DNA from: Methanobacteriota archaeon
GTDB lineage: Archaea > Thermoplasmatota > Poseidoniia > Poseidoniales > Thalassarchaeaceae
DNA: 64,000 nucleotides
Reading direction: 5' to 3'
Assembly (NCBI GenBank): GCA_002730095.1
Contig: PBZE01000050.1
Span: forward strand, 6,258 to 70,257
Shown here: positions 49,045 to 58,728 of the stretch, in pieces
Layout: the number at the start of each line of letters is the position of its first letter
How positions within the stretch are numbered: the stretch's first letter is position 1
The notes under the pieces: model-generated
The model's input: only the letters and a program-made list of their open reading frames with translations
Told to the model about the DNA's origin: nothing
The model's database searches: none
Position numbers and translations under genes: made by a program

Positions 49045-49083
49045 CCTAAAAAGGGATTTCACAAAGTAATCGGAAGTGAAAAT

Positions 49084-49467
49084 ATGGCAATGACACGCAA
49101 CAACCGTCTTTTTGTTGTAGGTGGCTCAATATTGGTCCTAGTCATTATGATGCTAGCAACTGTTGACCCCGAGACCCAGCATTACATAGACAAGGTAATG
49201 GACGACCCCGATAGTTTCTCGGGCAATGCACACATAAGGGGCGAGGTTGTGGTAGGCTCTATCGACACTCAGAATTACACATTTATTTTGGAAGGAGTCA
49301 AACATCAGCTCATTGTCGATTTTTCATCAGCTGCTGTTCCGGACGGTTTCAGTGATGGTAAAACAATAGCAGTTAAGGGACTACTATCAGACTCCACTGG
49401 TTCATGGATTCTAGAAGCTAGAGAAATTCAAACAGGGTGCCCATCGAAGTATGAATCCGTGGAATGA
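49084..49467 (+). CDS. ccmE: Cytochrome c maturation haem chaperone CcmE, CxxxY variant
   Basis: It aligns by eye to E. coli CcmE. TRNNRLFVV matches RRKNRLWIA. The OB-fold block is IRGEVVVGSI...VPDGFSDGKTIAVKG. TGCPSKY sits where E. coli has AKHDENY, so Cys replaces the haem-binding His. Confidence 0.8.
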   Translation: MAMTRNNRLFVVGGSILVLVIMMLATVDPETQHYIDKVMDDPDSFSGNAHIRGEVVVGSIDTQNYTFILEGVKHQLIVDFSSAAVPDGFSDGKTIAVKGLLSDSTGSWILEAREIQTGCPSKYESVE

Positions 49468-49490
49468 CACCCCCGATTCTTTGAAATGGT

Positions 49491-49813
49491 GGCTCTCACG
49501 CGGTGATACGGGCTAGGGGGGGTGTTGACGTACTCTGTTTTTCACAAATCGTCGAAAATGGTGACCTGAAGTCCGAGGGCGGCGTAAACGAGCCAATTGG
49601 ATCTCGCTGGTTAACTACGACGCCTCGCCCCCAAGAGATGCAGGTTGTTGGAAGGGTCACCCGGAGGGGTCACCTAACCATCCTATGCCCGGGAACCAGG
49701 TCAGGCGCGGAAGCGAGCAGCCCGACCGGGGATGCTGGATGCCTTGGGGATGCGGGGTTGAGGAGACTGGCGAAACTATCCAGTTGTTGACGAACGTCCA
49801 CCGAGGACATGCC
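49491..49813 (+). ncRNA. ffs: Signal recognition particle (7S) RNA, archaeal type (ends are +/- about 20 nt)
   Basis: This is a GC-rich island. It has the 5' CGGUG..GGGCUAGGGGGGG Alu-domain motif and a helix-6-like hairpin ACCC-GGAG-GGGU (GNAR loop). The helix-8 motif CCAGGUCAGGCGCGGAAGCGAGCAGCCC lies at 49696-49723. The 5' GGC..CGGUG..ACG can pair with the 3' CGU..CACCG..GCC. Confidence 0.85.
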
Positions 49814-49815
49814 CA

Positions 49816-50289
49816 TTACTCTGGAATACTTCCGAGGCCACCCATTTTGCAGACAATCAGAAAATGCTCAGCAGAAACAGGCTGTACTGATAGCCTCTGC
49901 CCTCTCTGAAGCAGAGGCATGCCATCCAAATCCCCATTGCTCCTCAGATCAGGCAAACCCACGGGTTCCAAATCAATAATCGGCTCTATATCGACCATCA
50001 TCCACCTAGGATTGTCTGGACTGGCCTTTGGATCAAAATATTTCGAAGATGAGTCTTGAGCCGTGAAATCGGGATACGCCTCCTTGCAAACCTTAGCTAC
50101 TCCAGCTACATGAGGGGGTTTACAATTTGAGTGATAAAATAGTACATAATCGCCATTTTTCATTTCGTCTCTCATGATATTTCTAGCCTGATAGTTTCTA
50201 ACTCCATCCCAGTGCGTACTCCTATCTTTTTTCAACTGCTCCCAGGGGTAAACGTGCGGCTCACTTTTCATCAGCCAATATCCGACCAT
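49816..50289 (-). CDS. EVE (PUA-like) domain protein
   Basis: YWLMKSEP...HWDGVRNYQARNIMRDEMKNGDYVLFYHSNCKPPHVAGVAKVCKEAYPD...DNPRWMMVD closely parallels THYN1/EVE proteins. I take the ATG at 50289. Confidence 0.8.
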   Translation of the reverse strand: MVGYWLMKSEPHVYPWEQLKKDRSTHWDGVRNYQARNIMRDEMKNGDYVLFYHSNCKPPHVAGVAKVCKEAYPDFTAQDSSSKYFDPKASPDNPRWMMVDIEPIIDLEPVGLPDLRSNGDLDGMPLLQRGQRLSVQPVSAEHFLIVCKMGGLGSIPE

Positions 50290-50322
50290 GGCGCTCGGAC
50301 AAATACCACACAAATCAACATT

Positions 50323-53322
50323 TCACCATGCATCTTCTGCACTGCCCAAGATTATTGCCGCGTCTATTGTATCAGCTTCATCCCTGGCAATCGCCCTTCT
50401 TAATCCAGCAGTCTTTACCATAGTACTGACGCCACCTGTCAAGCCTAAGTTGGCCTTGATCATTGCAGTGAAAATTGCCGGTAGTAGGATTAGGGCCGAT
50501 ATGGCCGCAACTAGAAGGAGTAATATAATCACTGTTATGAATGGCTTGATAGCTTCTATAGGAATCAGATATGCACAAGTCAGGCCTCCAGCTGTGACTG
50601 TAGTCGCCTCGAATAAGCTAAGCCCTGTACTGGCACATGCTGTCTGAATAGCTTCAATTGTTCCTCCTTGCTCCTTTATCCGATTGGCTATGTGAATCGA
50701 AAAATCAACCCCGACTCCCACTAGTATGGAGCCAATCATTACTGTGATTAAAGAGAGATCAACATCTAGGCCATCCATAGCAAGCCACTGCATCATCACT
50801 GTGAAACCAACTGGAAGGGTAGTTAGTAATGCATACCTCACATCCCTGAACACCAGAGCCAGGGTAACGACTGTAAAGAGTAGTGCGAAACCAAGGGATT
50901 GCCATTGAGAATTAACGATTAGGTTGTTGACCTCTATTGTAATGGAGGCGACCCCGATTAGCGTACTTGATGTAACTGCCCCATCTCTCTCTTCATCTGC
51001 ATATCTATTTACCTCGTCCACAGCCAAAGTAGTGCTTTGGACATCCATGAATGGCATATCGACATAGATTAAACTTCTATCATAGCTAGGTGAGATGAAT
51101 AGCTCACGCATCTCCAAAGTCATGCTATTGTAAAACACGTAGATAAGGAAATTCTGCGACTGTATTCCTCCGGGATCTTGTAAGTCCAGATAGTTCAACG
51201 CACTCCAGAACGAAAGATTCCCAGTCTGCTCCCGATCAAAAATAAGCTCTGCTACGTCCTTTATCGGCCCCAAATCATCCGGTATAACATCATTGACGGG
51301 CGCTCCTGAAACATTCACACCGACACCTATGGCTTTCATCAAGAATACTATGGATACGGCAGTTGTATTTTCAACAGAATTACATTTAGTTTCAAGCTGT
51401 TCTATGCCCTTGAGGTTCGAAAACGGATCTTTCTGAACACCCGCTTCTGGTATTGGGTCGGGATCTGCATACAGATCCGACTCTATTAGGAGGAAGCCCG
51501 GTTGTCCAGCATTGAACTCCTCGGAATAAATCCCCATCTTATCTACCGCATCAACACCCGCAGGTGCCATCTTCAGTAGATCGATATTTTCTTCTACGTT
51601 TGGCCGATTATATCCTGCTGACATTACCATGGCCATCATAAAAACTACGAGTGTTACTCTAGTCCACTTTATGGGTACGCCAACTGCGCCCTGAAACACC
51701 TTTGGAGGAGGGTGAGAGGGTTTTTTCAGATCAAGCATCATAGTAAGATTAGGGACCATGAGCATTGTCATGATGTAGACTACGACTATTCCCCCGGATA
51801 GTGCATATCCAATGGTCTGTATCGGTTTCATTGGTACGAAAACCAATGAAATAAATCCAATTATCGTAGTCAATGCCGATAGTAAGACAGCCCTCCCAGT
51901 AGAGCTGATAGCTTCAGACATCTTTTCCCTAGGAGATCCCTTGGCTTCAGCATATCTATTTGTTATGTGTAATCCATAAGATACGCCTAGAGCCAGAACT
52001 ATCGGTCCGACAATAATAACAGTCATCGTTACTTCATAATCGGTATATCCTATGAACCCGAGAGTTATCCACACAGAACATAGTGTGGGGAGTCCTGAGA
52101 TGATCAGAGTCTTGACACCCTGTACCCACCTAATTCTACCTGTTTGTAGTAAGTCACAATGGAATAGAAACAGTCCGAAGGCTACAATGACAACTCCAAC
52201 TGGAAATACCTGCCAGAACAATTGAAACGACTTCTCAGTAATTGCATTAGTTAGAGGCACAGGTCCAGTAAGAGTCATCTTTAATCCAAGCTCAGTACCA
52301 TCACAGTAATCGTTTGCTTCATCCGATTCAGGATCGACCTCGTTACCATTGTCATCTACGCAAATCCAGTTATTTTCACTTGAGATTTGGTCTATTGTTT
52401 CTTGAGTATGCTCGATTATATGTGAAATTGATGTATCATCTACGCCGTCGCCGTCCTGGTCCAGATTACTAGTAATGCCGATAATTATGACTGCCCTATT
52501 CCAATATCCAGCGGTTTCATTCTGATTTTTACCAACGTCCCTGACTAATTTGTCAAGAGCATTCTGTGGCATTTCGCCTAATATCTGATCAACCCTTTCC
52601 TGTTCGTCAGGTATCGAGTAATCGCCAATAATGTTTGACTGCTCATCGACTAGATCGTTTACTTGTTGCGAGAACTCGTCACTCCCTGTCGCTTCTGCAA
52701 CTCCAGAGAAAAAGGCCTTTACAACCCTCCCTCCACTAGAATTAACCTCCTTAATGACAGTAGATACAGATAGTACATAGATTACGTAGTCCTCTTCGCC
52801 CTTGTCGTCTCTTACAGTATTCAGTGCACTTTCCACCTTGTCGATCTGTTTCAGAATCGGTAGCTGATCTACACCTTGCCTATCAGACTCGACATAGATA
52901 ACCATGACATTGGTTGTCCAATCCTGTTCAACATCTTCAATATCACTCTGTACGTCAGAACCCTGAGGTAGGTAAACAGCCATATCTCCATTGACATTCA
53001 ATGCACCCTCCTCGTCACAAAAATCATTCTCAAACCCATCTCTGCAATCAAAAATTCCCGAGTGCCTTCCAAGAAGGGCAGTTACTGTGAGGCACAATAT
53101 CACAGTTACAACTGGCACCTTTGTAATTAGATCGCTAATTGTTGAATCTAGCATTGCCCGTTTGATTATTACTGGTGATCTCCTTACCGATTTCATTACA
53201 GATTCTGCATCAACTTCAGAAATTTTAGTGCCAGTTTCCCTAATCTTTGACTTTACTAGGTTTGAGGAATCCACAATCGCCCTCATGGGGTCAAAACGTG
53301 ATCCTTCTTCAGGTTCATCCAT
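50323..53322 (-). CDS. RND-superfamily exporter (COG1033/MMPL-like), two 6-helix bundles
   Basis: Two hydrophobic blocks, each preceded by a large extracytoplasmic domain, show the RND/SSD repeat architecture. I take the start at ATG 53322 (MDEPEEGS). Confidence 0.75.
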   Translation of the reverse strand: MDEPEEGSRFDPMRAIVDSSNLVKSKIRETGTKISEVDAESVMKSVRRSPVIIKRAMLDSTISDLITKVPVVTVILCLTVTALLGRHSGIFDCRDGFENDFCDEEGALNVNGDMAVYLPQGSDVQSDIEDVEQDWTTNVMVIYVESDRQGVDQLPILKQIDKVESALNTVRDDKGEEDYVIYVLSVSTVIKEVNSSGGRVVKAFFSGVAEATGSDEFSQQVNDLVDEQSNIIGDYSIPDEQERVDQILGEMPQNALDKLVRDVGKNQNETAGYWNRAVIIIGITSNLDQDGDGVDDTSISHIIEHTQETIDQISSENNWICVDDNGNEVDPESDEANDYCDGTELGLKMTLTGPVPLTNAITEKSFQLFWQVFPVGVVIVAFGLFLFHCDLLQTGRIRWVQGVKTLIISGLPTLCSVWITLGFIGYTDYEVTMTVIIVGPIVLALGVSYGLHITNRYAEAKGSPREKMSEAISSTGRAVLLSALTTIIGFISLVFVPMKPIQTIGYALSGGIVVVYIMTMLMVPNLTMMLDLKKPSHPPPKVFQGAVGVPIKWTRVTLVVFMMAMVMSAGYNRPNVEENIDLLKMAPAGVDAVDKMGIYSEEFNAGQPGFLLIESDLYADPDPIPEAGVQKDPFSNLKGIEQLETKCNSVENTTAVSIVFLMKAIGVGVNVSGAPVNDVIPDDLGPIKDVAELIFDREQTGNLSFWSALNYLDLQDPGGIQSQNFLIYVFYNSMTLEMRELFISPSYDRSLIYVDMPFMDVQSTTLAVDEVNRYADEERDGAVTSSTLIGVASITIEVNNLIVNSQWQSLGFALLFTVVTLALVFRDVRYALLTTLPVGFTVMMQWLAMDGLDVDLSLITVMIGSILVGVGVDFSIHIANRIKEQGGTIEAIQTACASTGLSLFEATTVTAGGLTCAYLIPIEAIKPFITVIILLLLVAAISALILLPAIFTAMIKANLGLTGGVSTMVKTAGLRRAIARDEADTIDAAIILGSAEDAW

Positions 53323-53425
53323 GGTAACGTGCCCTTGGGGCAACTGACGGGACTTCAACCCCACGCCGTATAGATTTGTAATAATGCGTTTAATCACGCG
53401 CAATGAAATTCGGCAACAGTGAATA

Positions 53426-55933
53426 ATGAGAATTTTCAGCGATGCACGGGGAGAGCCTATGGGAGCACCAAAAATCACTGATAAAAGGTGGACAATAGAC
53501 CTCGAAAAAAGAATACAGGAGTCCCACTATCTTGATAACCCTTCGAGATATTCATTTGACCCCAATAGTGAGAAAGAGCTGTTTGTTATCGATACACCAC
53601 CTCCATATCCGAGTGGCACATGGCATATTGGAGCAGTAGCGCAATACAGTATGATAGACGTTATTGCGAGAAGTCAAAGGCTCATTGGTAAGGAAGTTCT
53701 CTTTCCCTGGGGAGTAGACAGGAATGGAATTAATATAGAATTCACAGTCGAGAAAAAGACTGGCAAAAAAATGCGTACATATGATAGAGGCGAATTCCTT
53801 GATCTGTGCAAAGAAACAATCGAACAATATACACAAGCGATGAGGCATACGGCAAAGCGCGTCGGACTTTCTTGTGACTATGATAATGAGTACTTGACAG
53901 ATGCCCCAAATTATAGATCTGTTACGCAGTCAATATTTGTTGATCTTTTTAAGAGAGGCGATATTATTGAGGACCTTAGACCAAATATTTACGACCCAGT
54001 AGAGGGGACAACCATTGCTGATGCAGAGGTTCAAAGAATCTCTAGGGAGACAATCCTTTGTGACGTAATATGGGAGACTGAAGATGGGACTGAATTATTA
54101 ATTTCTACAACACGTCCCGAATTAATTTGTGCATGCGGAGTTGTAATGGTTCATCCAGAAGATGAAAGATACAAGCATCTAGTGGGGAAGAAGGTAAGAT
54201 TGCCTATTTCAATTGGAGATAGGTCTAACACTGTCGAAATTATGACACATCCCTCCGTCAAATCCGATTTTGGAAGTGGAATTTTGATGGTATGCTCTTT
54301 TGGTGACCAGAATGATGTTTCTATATTCAGGGAGCTTGGCTTGAAGCCATTCGCAGCTATAGACTTGGAAGGAAAAATGACCGAAATATCAGGCCCTCTT
54401 GCCGGAAACAATGTTTTGGAAGCAAGAAAACTGGCGATCAGTATTCTCGAAGAATCCGGAAAGCTGTCCTCAAAGAGCAATAGATTGCAGGAAATCCCCG
54501 TTAGTGAAAGAGGGTCTAATCCTGTAGAGATAATTTTGCTAAAAGAGTGGTACGTAAGGCAGACGCATGTTATTGATAGACTCTCAGAGCTATCAAATAA
54601 CTGTAATTTCATCCCTGAAAGAAACAGGCAGTTCTTACATGACTGGATGGATGGAATCTCAATCGATTGGCCAATTAGCAGAAGACGGTGGTATCATACG
54701 GAGGTCCCTATTTGGTACTCTGAGGACTCCAGTAAGGTAATAGTGCCTCCAAATGGTGTTTACGTCCAGCCATGGAGAGATTTGCCCCCGACTGGTTCCG
54801 AGGTTCTAGACAGAGACACTAGGGAATTCATCGGAATGTATGAAGATATTTCAGATTCATTAGGGGAAATTGTGGGTGAGACTAAGGTTTTCGATACGTG
54901 GATGGATTCTTCCAACTCAAACTTATTTGTTAGCGGTTACATAAATAATCCCAAAATGTTCGAAAGATCATTTCCTACAGCTTTAAGGCCTCAGGGCAAA
55001 GAAATAGTAAGAACATGGCTCTATTATACTATGTTGAAGAGTGCATTGTTGTTCGACAAGCCCGCATTTGATAATATATGGATCGATGGACTTGGGATGG
55101 ACCCATGGGGTAGGAAAATGTCCAAATCTCTTGGTAATGGAATTGATGCCGACTCAGTTCTTGAATGTGGGGCCGGAGGACGTACAGGATCATGGAAAAT
55201 CCGCGGCCCTGAGGGCAAACAAGTCAGCCTCAAGGCAAATAAAATTGGTAGCGAGTGCTTCAGATTATGGAAAGCATGTGAAGCTCAAGTCGGGGATGAT
55301 TTCCATATTAACCCAGAGGAAATTGAATCGAAATATTTCGGTGTTCTGACCAAGATATTCAATGTCGCAAGATTCGCCAGCCAGTTTGAGGTACCTGATC
55401 AATTAGATGTGATGCCAGACGATCTCCCCGAGGAAGATATGTGGATATTGAGTGAGTTTGACTCAATGATGTGTAATGTTAGGGGATCATGGGAGAATAT
55501 GGATATTTACAATGCAACTCAATCGATAAAGGGATTTGCAACTGGAATTTTTCCAGGGCACTGGTTGGAAATGTCCAAGTCGAGGCTTTACGATGACGAT
55601 TTTGCAGCCGCTTGGACTATACACAGGATAGTCAGGGATCTGCTCATCGTGTTTTCACCCGTTTGTCCATTTTTCACTGACTATCTTTCTTCCATACTAT
55701 ATGGAAGCAGTTCAGTTGATGCACGTTCGTATCCCCCAAATGTAATATCTCAAAATCGTGACACAAGCGGATATCTTAATGTGACCGATGCATTAATTGA
55801 ATTCAACTCATCAACTTGGAGGACAAAAAAGGAGAATGGCCTTTCACTCAAATCTGAAATCACTGGGATTGTCGTCCCACCGGAACTAGTTAATTTCAAG
55901 GATGCTCTCGCTGCAATGCACAATCTCATCTAG
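53426..55933 (+). CDS. valS: Valyl-tRNA synthetase
   Basis: It has class Ia motifs: TPPPYPSGTWHIGA (a variant HIGH), FPWGVDRNGI, DTWMDSS and KMSKSLGNG. An alternative ATG lies at 53459. Confidence 0.8.
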   Translation: MRIFSDARGEPMGAPKITDKRWTIDLEKRIQESHYLDNPSRYSFDPNSEKELFVIDTPPPYPSGTWHIGAVAQYSMIDVIARSQRLIGKEVLFPWGVDRNGINIEFTVEKKTGKKMRTYDRGEFLDLCKETIEQYTQAMRHTAKRVGLSCDYDNEYLTDAPNYRSVTQSIFVDLFKRGDIIEDLRPNIYDPVEGTTIADAEVQRISRETILCDVIWETEDGTELLISTTRPELICACGVVMVHPEDERYKHLVGKKVRLPISIGDRSNTVEIMTHPSVKSDFGSGILMVCSFGDQNDVSIFRELGLKPFAAIDLEGKMTEISGPLAGNNVLEARKLAISILEESGKLSSKSNRLQEIPVSERGSNPVEIILLKEWYVRQTHVIDRLSELSNNCNFIPERNRQFLHDWMDGISIDWPISRRRWYHTEVPIWYSEDSSKVIVPPNGVYVQPWRDLPPTGSEVLDRDTREFIGMYEDISDSLGEIVGETKVFDTWMDSSNSNLFVSGYINNPKMFERSFPTALRPQGKEIVRTWLYYTMLKSALLFDKPAFDNIWIDGLGMDPWGRKMSKSLGNGIDADSVLECGAGGRTGSWKIRGPEGKQVSLKANKIGSECFRLWKACEAQVGDDFHINPEEIESKYFGVLTKIFNVARFASQFEVPDQLDVMPDDLPEEDMWILSEFDSMMCNVRGSWENMDIYNATQSIKGFATGIFPGHWLEMSKSRLYDDDFAAAWTIHRIVRDLLIVFSPVCPFFTDYLSSILYGSSSVDARSYPPNVISQNRDTSGYLNVTDALIEFNSSTWRTKKENGLSLKSEITGIVVPPELVNFKDALAAMHNLI

Positions 55934-55936
55934 CAT

Positions 55937-56893
55937 TCAATTCAAACTAGAACCGGGCTTTACCCCTTTAGAGAAATCATCCACGATAGAAACTATTTCC
56001 ATACCAATTCTATTTTGTGCTTCAAATGTAGAAGCTCCGATGTGAGGGGTGGCTTGGAAATTTTCAAGCTTCAGTAAGTCGTTTTTCACTATCGGCTCTA
56101 TCTCGAAGACATCTAAAGCTGCTGTGGTCAAATCACCGTTAATCAATGAATCCAGTAAATCTGACTCATCTATAATCCCACCTCTAGCACAATTAACAAT
56201 ATGGTTGCCGCAGAATATTCCATCGGCACCAATCTTAGGCATAATCGAAATAAGCTCCCGATTAACAAGATGGTGCGTCTCTTCAGAGAGGTAGCAGTGA
56301 ATGGAGACATGTGTACAACTAGAAAATAACGATTCGACATTTTCATGATAAATACAATCATCGTCTGTTTTGACCAGGTATGGATCATACACGTGAATAT
56401 TCATGCCCATGATCTTCGCGATATCTGCAACACCCCGTGCGATTCTGCCATATCCCAGCAAGCCAAGATTTTTTCCTCTTAGTTCTGATCCCCTTAGCTC
56501 CTTTTTACCCCATATGCCATTCTTTAACATAACATCTCCTCTGATAATTCTTCTATTAGTTGAAATGAGGTGACCGATTGCTAACTCTACTACTGCATTT
56601 GTCGACGAGCTTGGTGTGTTACAAACCAGAACCGAGTTCTCATTAGCAGCTTCAATATCGATATTATCAACTCCAACACCAGCTCTGATAATCAAAGATA
56701 GCTTGTGTGAGTTGGCGTAGATAACTTCCGAGGTCATCTTTGTAGCACTTCTTATTATTACAACATCAAAATCTGCTATGCAGCCATCTAGTAGCTCCTG
56801 ATTGGTATAGTGCCTTTCCTCTACATCATGCCCTATTTCCACAAGTCTATCCTTAGCGCTTGGGTCAATGCCATCTGTAATTGCTATTCTCAC
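55937..56893 (-). CDS. D-isomer-specific 2-hydroxyacid dehydrogenase (phosphoglycerate dehydrogenase-like, no ACT domain)
   Basis: It has the NAD motif [14 protein letters not shown] and the catalytic blocks [11 protein letters not shown] and ATPHIGAST. Confidence 0.7.
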   Translation of the reverse strand: MRIAITDGIDPSAKDRLVEIGHDVEERHYTNQELLDGCIADFDVVIIRSATKMTSEVIYANSHKLSLIIRAGVGVDNIDIEAANENSVLVCNTPSSSTNAVVELAIGHLISTNRRIIRGDVMLKNGIWGKKELRGSELRGKNLGLLGYGRIARGVADIAKIMGMNIHVYDPYLVKTDDDCIYHENVESLFSSCTHVSIHCYLSEETHHLVNRELISIMPKIGADGIFCGNHIVNCARGGIIDESDLLDSLINGDLTTAALDVFEIEPIVKNDLLKLENFQATPHIGASTFEAQNRIGMEIVSIVDDFSKGVKPGSSLN

Positions 56894-56974
56894 ATGCCCC
56901 CGAGTAGAGATTGTACAATGAAGTTTGCCGGAAGTAGTATTGATATCGCCCCCCCTCTTCCCGCAATTGATAAC

Positions 56975-57574
56975 ATGTCATTTCAACTGCCAGAACTATC
57001 ATATGATTACGACGCCCTAGAGCCGCACATTGACTCCCTGACTATGGAGATTCATCACAGTAAGCACCACGCTGGATATACATCTAAGCTGAATGCTGCA
57101 ATTAGTGGCACAGAACTAGAGGGGATGTCCATAGAAGACTTACTGGCAAATCATAATGATAATCCTGCAGTAAGGAATAATGGCGGAGGTTTTTGGAATC
57201 ACAAATTCTTCTGGGGGCTGATGTGCCCTAGCGGTGGAGGTTCACCAGAGGCCAATCTCCTAGAAGCAATCGAATCCACATTCGGATCTTTCGACAATAT
57301 GAAATCTGAATTTGCACAAGCTGCAATGACGAGATTCGGTAGTGGTTGGGCTTGGTTATGCGTCGGAAACAACGGAGAACTACTAATCTCGTCTACGCCG
57401 AATCAGGATAACCCACTGATGGATGGTTCTGGTACTCCTATATTGGGCATTGATGTTTGGGAACATGCGTATTACAAGAAATATGGCCCAGGTAGGGGAG
57501 ATTACATCAATGCATGGTGGAACGTAGTTGACTGGCCTGCCGTAAACTCCCTTTACAATTCGGCATTACAATAA
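56975..57574 (+). CDS. sod: Fe/Mn superoxide dismutase
   Basis: It contains [27 protein letters not shown] and [11 protein letters not shown] take the ATG at 56975, because the upstream ORF part overlaps the neighbouring gene. Confidence 0.93.
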   Translation: MSFQLPELSYDYDALEPHIDSLTMEIHHSKHHAGYTSKLNAAISGTELEGMSIEDLLANHNDNPAVRNNGGGFWNHKFFWGLMCPSGGGSPEANLLEAIESTFGSFDNMKSEFAQAAMTRFGSGWAWLCVGNNGELLISSTPNQDNPLMDGSGTPILGIDVWEHAYYKKYGPGRGDYINAWWNVVDWPAVNSLYNSALQ

Positions 57575-57629
57575 TCCAGAGTTTCGTTTATCTGACTCTG
57601 TATTTGACCGGTTTATTCTAAGCTGGTGA

Positions 57630-58727
57630 TTGAGACCAAGTAACGTGTCCGCTCCTGTCGAAGGACTAGCTACAGGATTACTAATCCTATTATTGCCAGT
57701 CATACTGACCCTTCCCCTTAGGTTCGGTTGGAAATGGTGGGTTGGTATGGAACCGGAACATGAACACTACCGTGAAAAAGTTAGGAGAGTCTTAGATTCT
57801 GGAATCCCCATTAAGAGATACAGAACTGAATTAGATTCCGAAGCTCGTAGGTTACTGATCGATAAAGAGAGGCAATCACGTATAGAATCCGATTTACTTA
57901 GGCCATTGGGGCCACAACACTTCTTATTGTTACCAGCATTGATTTTCTCTCCCTTATTGGGAATATTCGCATTCTTGGTAACAATTATTCTGTTGCCAAT
58001 GTTCAGGCCCATAGAATGGATATTGATTGACAAGGGTCTACTTTCGTATGTTGCCAACGTGATTAGGAAAGTTACCAGATGGGAGATTATTGGCATTCCA
58101 AGGTTAGACGATGGCACAGGAACTCTAGACAGAGTTCTTGATTCTACACACAGGATGCCAATAACTGTATTTTTAGGTATTTTTGCTTATCTCATTGTAT
58201 TGTATTTACCACTCGGGCCAAAAGAGGTTCTTGTCTTGAGTGCGGTATTCTATATTTTCTTAGTCTCATTCATTTCTGTAATCAGAGCAGCTACAATGAC
58301 TTCGCTGGTTTTTGCCGATCCGACAAAGAGAAGGCTAATTCCAATGCACTCGTTAGTAGACGATGCACTGGGTCCGTCTGTTGGTATTGGACTAGTCTTC
58401 CTTCTATCTAGACAACTGATTTATGGAAGCCAATTGAGGTCAGGAGATCTACTAGGAGATCCAATCGTCTTCTCAATATCAGTCCTTTTGGTTTTGTACA
58501 CTGCTACAATCATAGGCGTGGCTGTTGAGTATGCGTTCTTCGAATCTCGTAGTGATAGAATAAAGTCACTATTCCAATTGCAAATCGTCGATAGACACGA
58601 TCCAATGGTTTACTTATTCACTAGACATTTGGGAACTTTGAGGATTTCACCTCTGATGACAATGAGGGAGTGGATAGATAATGACGAGGAAATTTCAATC
58701 ATAGACTCAGAAATCCTAACGAGATGA
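57630..58727 (+). CDS. Hypothetical polytopic membrane protein
   Basis: It has about 7-8 predicted transmembrane helices and no family I recognise. The start is uncertain (TTG 57630 or GTG 57645). Confidence 0.5.
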   Translation: MRPSNVSAPVEGLATGLLILLLPVILTLPLRFGWKWWVGMEPEHEHYREKVRRVLDSGIPIKRYRTELDSEARRLLIDKERQSRIESDLLRPLGPQHFLLLPALIFSPLLGIFAFLVTIILLPMFRPIEWILIDKGLLSYVANVIRKVTRWEIIGIPRLDDGTGTLDRVLDSTHRMPITVFLGIFAYLIVLYLPLGPKEVLVLSAVFYIFLVSFISVIRAATMTSLVFADPTKRRLIPMHSLVDDALGPSVGIGLVFLLSRQLIYGSQLRSGDLLGDPIVFSISVLLVLYTATIIGVAVEYAFFESRSDRIKSLFQLQIVDRHDPMVYLFTRHLGTLRISPLMTMREWIDNDEEISIIDSEILTR

Positions 58728-58728
58728 T

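Noticed and set aside
49503-49909. ORFs 49503-49790 (+) and 49685-49909 (+) from the supplied track
   Set aside because: They lie inside the GC-rich SRP RNA gene. The helix-8 motif GGUCAGG...GGAAG..AGCAGCC and the Alu-domain GGGCUAGG motif are both present. Their Arg/Gly/Pro-rich translations look like GC-driven artefacts.
53323-53478. N-terminal 52 aa of the RND exporter ORF, which overlap the valS start
   Set aside because: The Cys/Arg/Ile-rich leader (LKILIIHCCRISLRVIKR) is unlike the rest of the protein. A cleaner start, MDEPEEGS at 53322, restores a divergent intergenic spacer.
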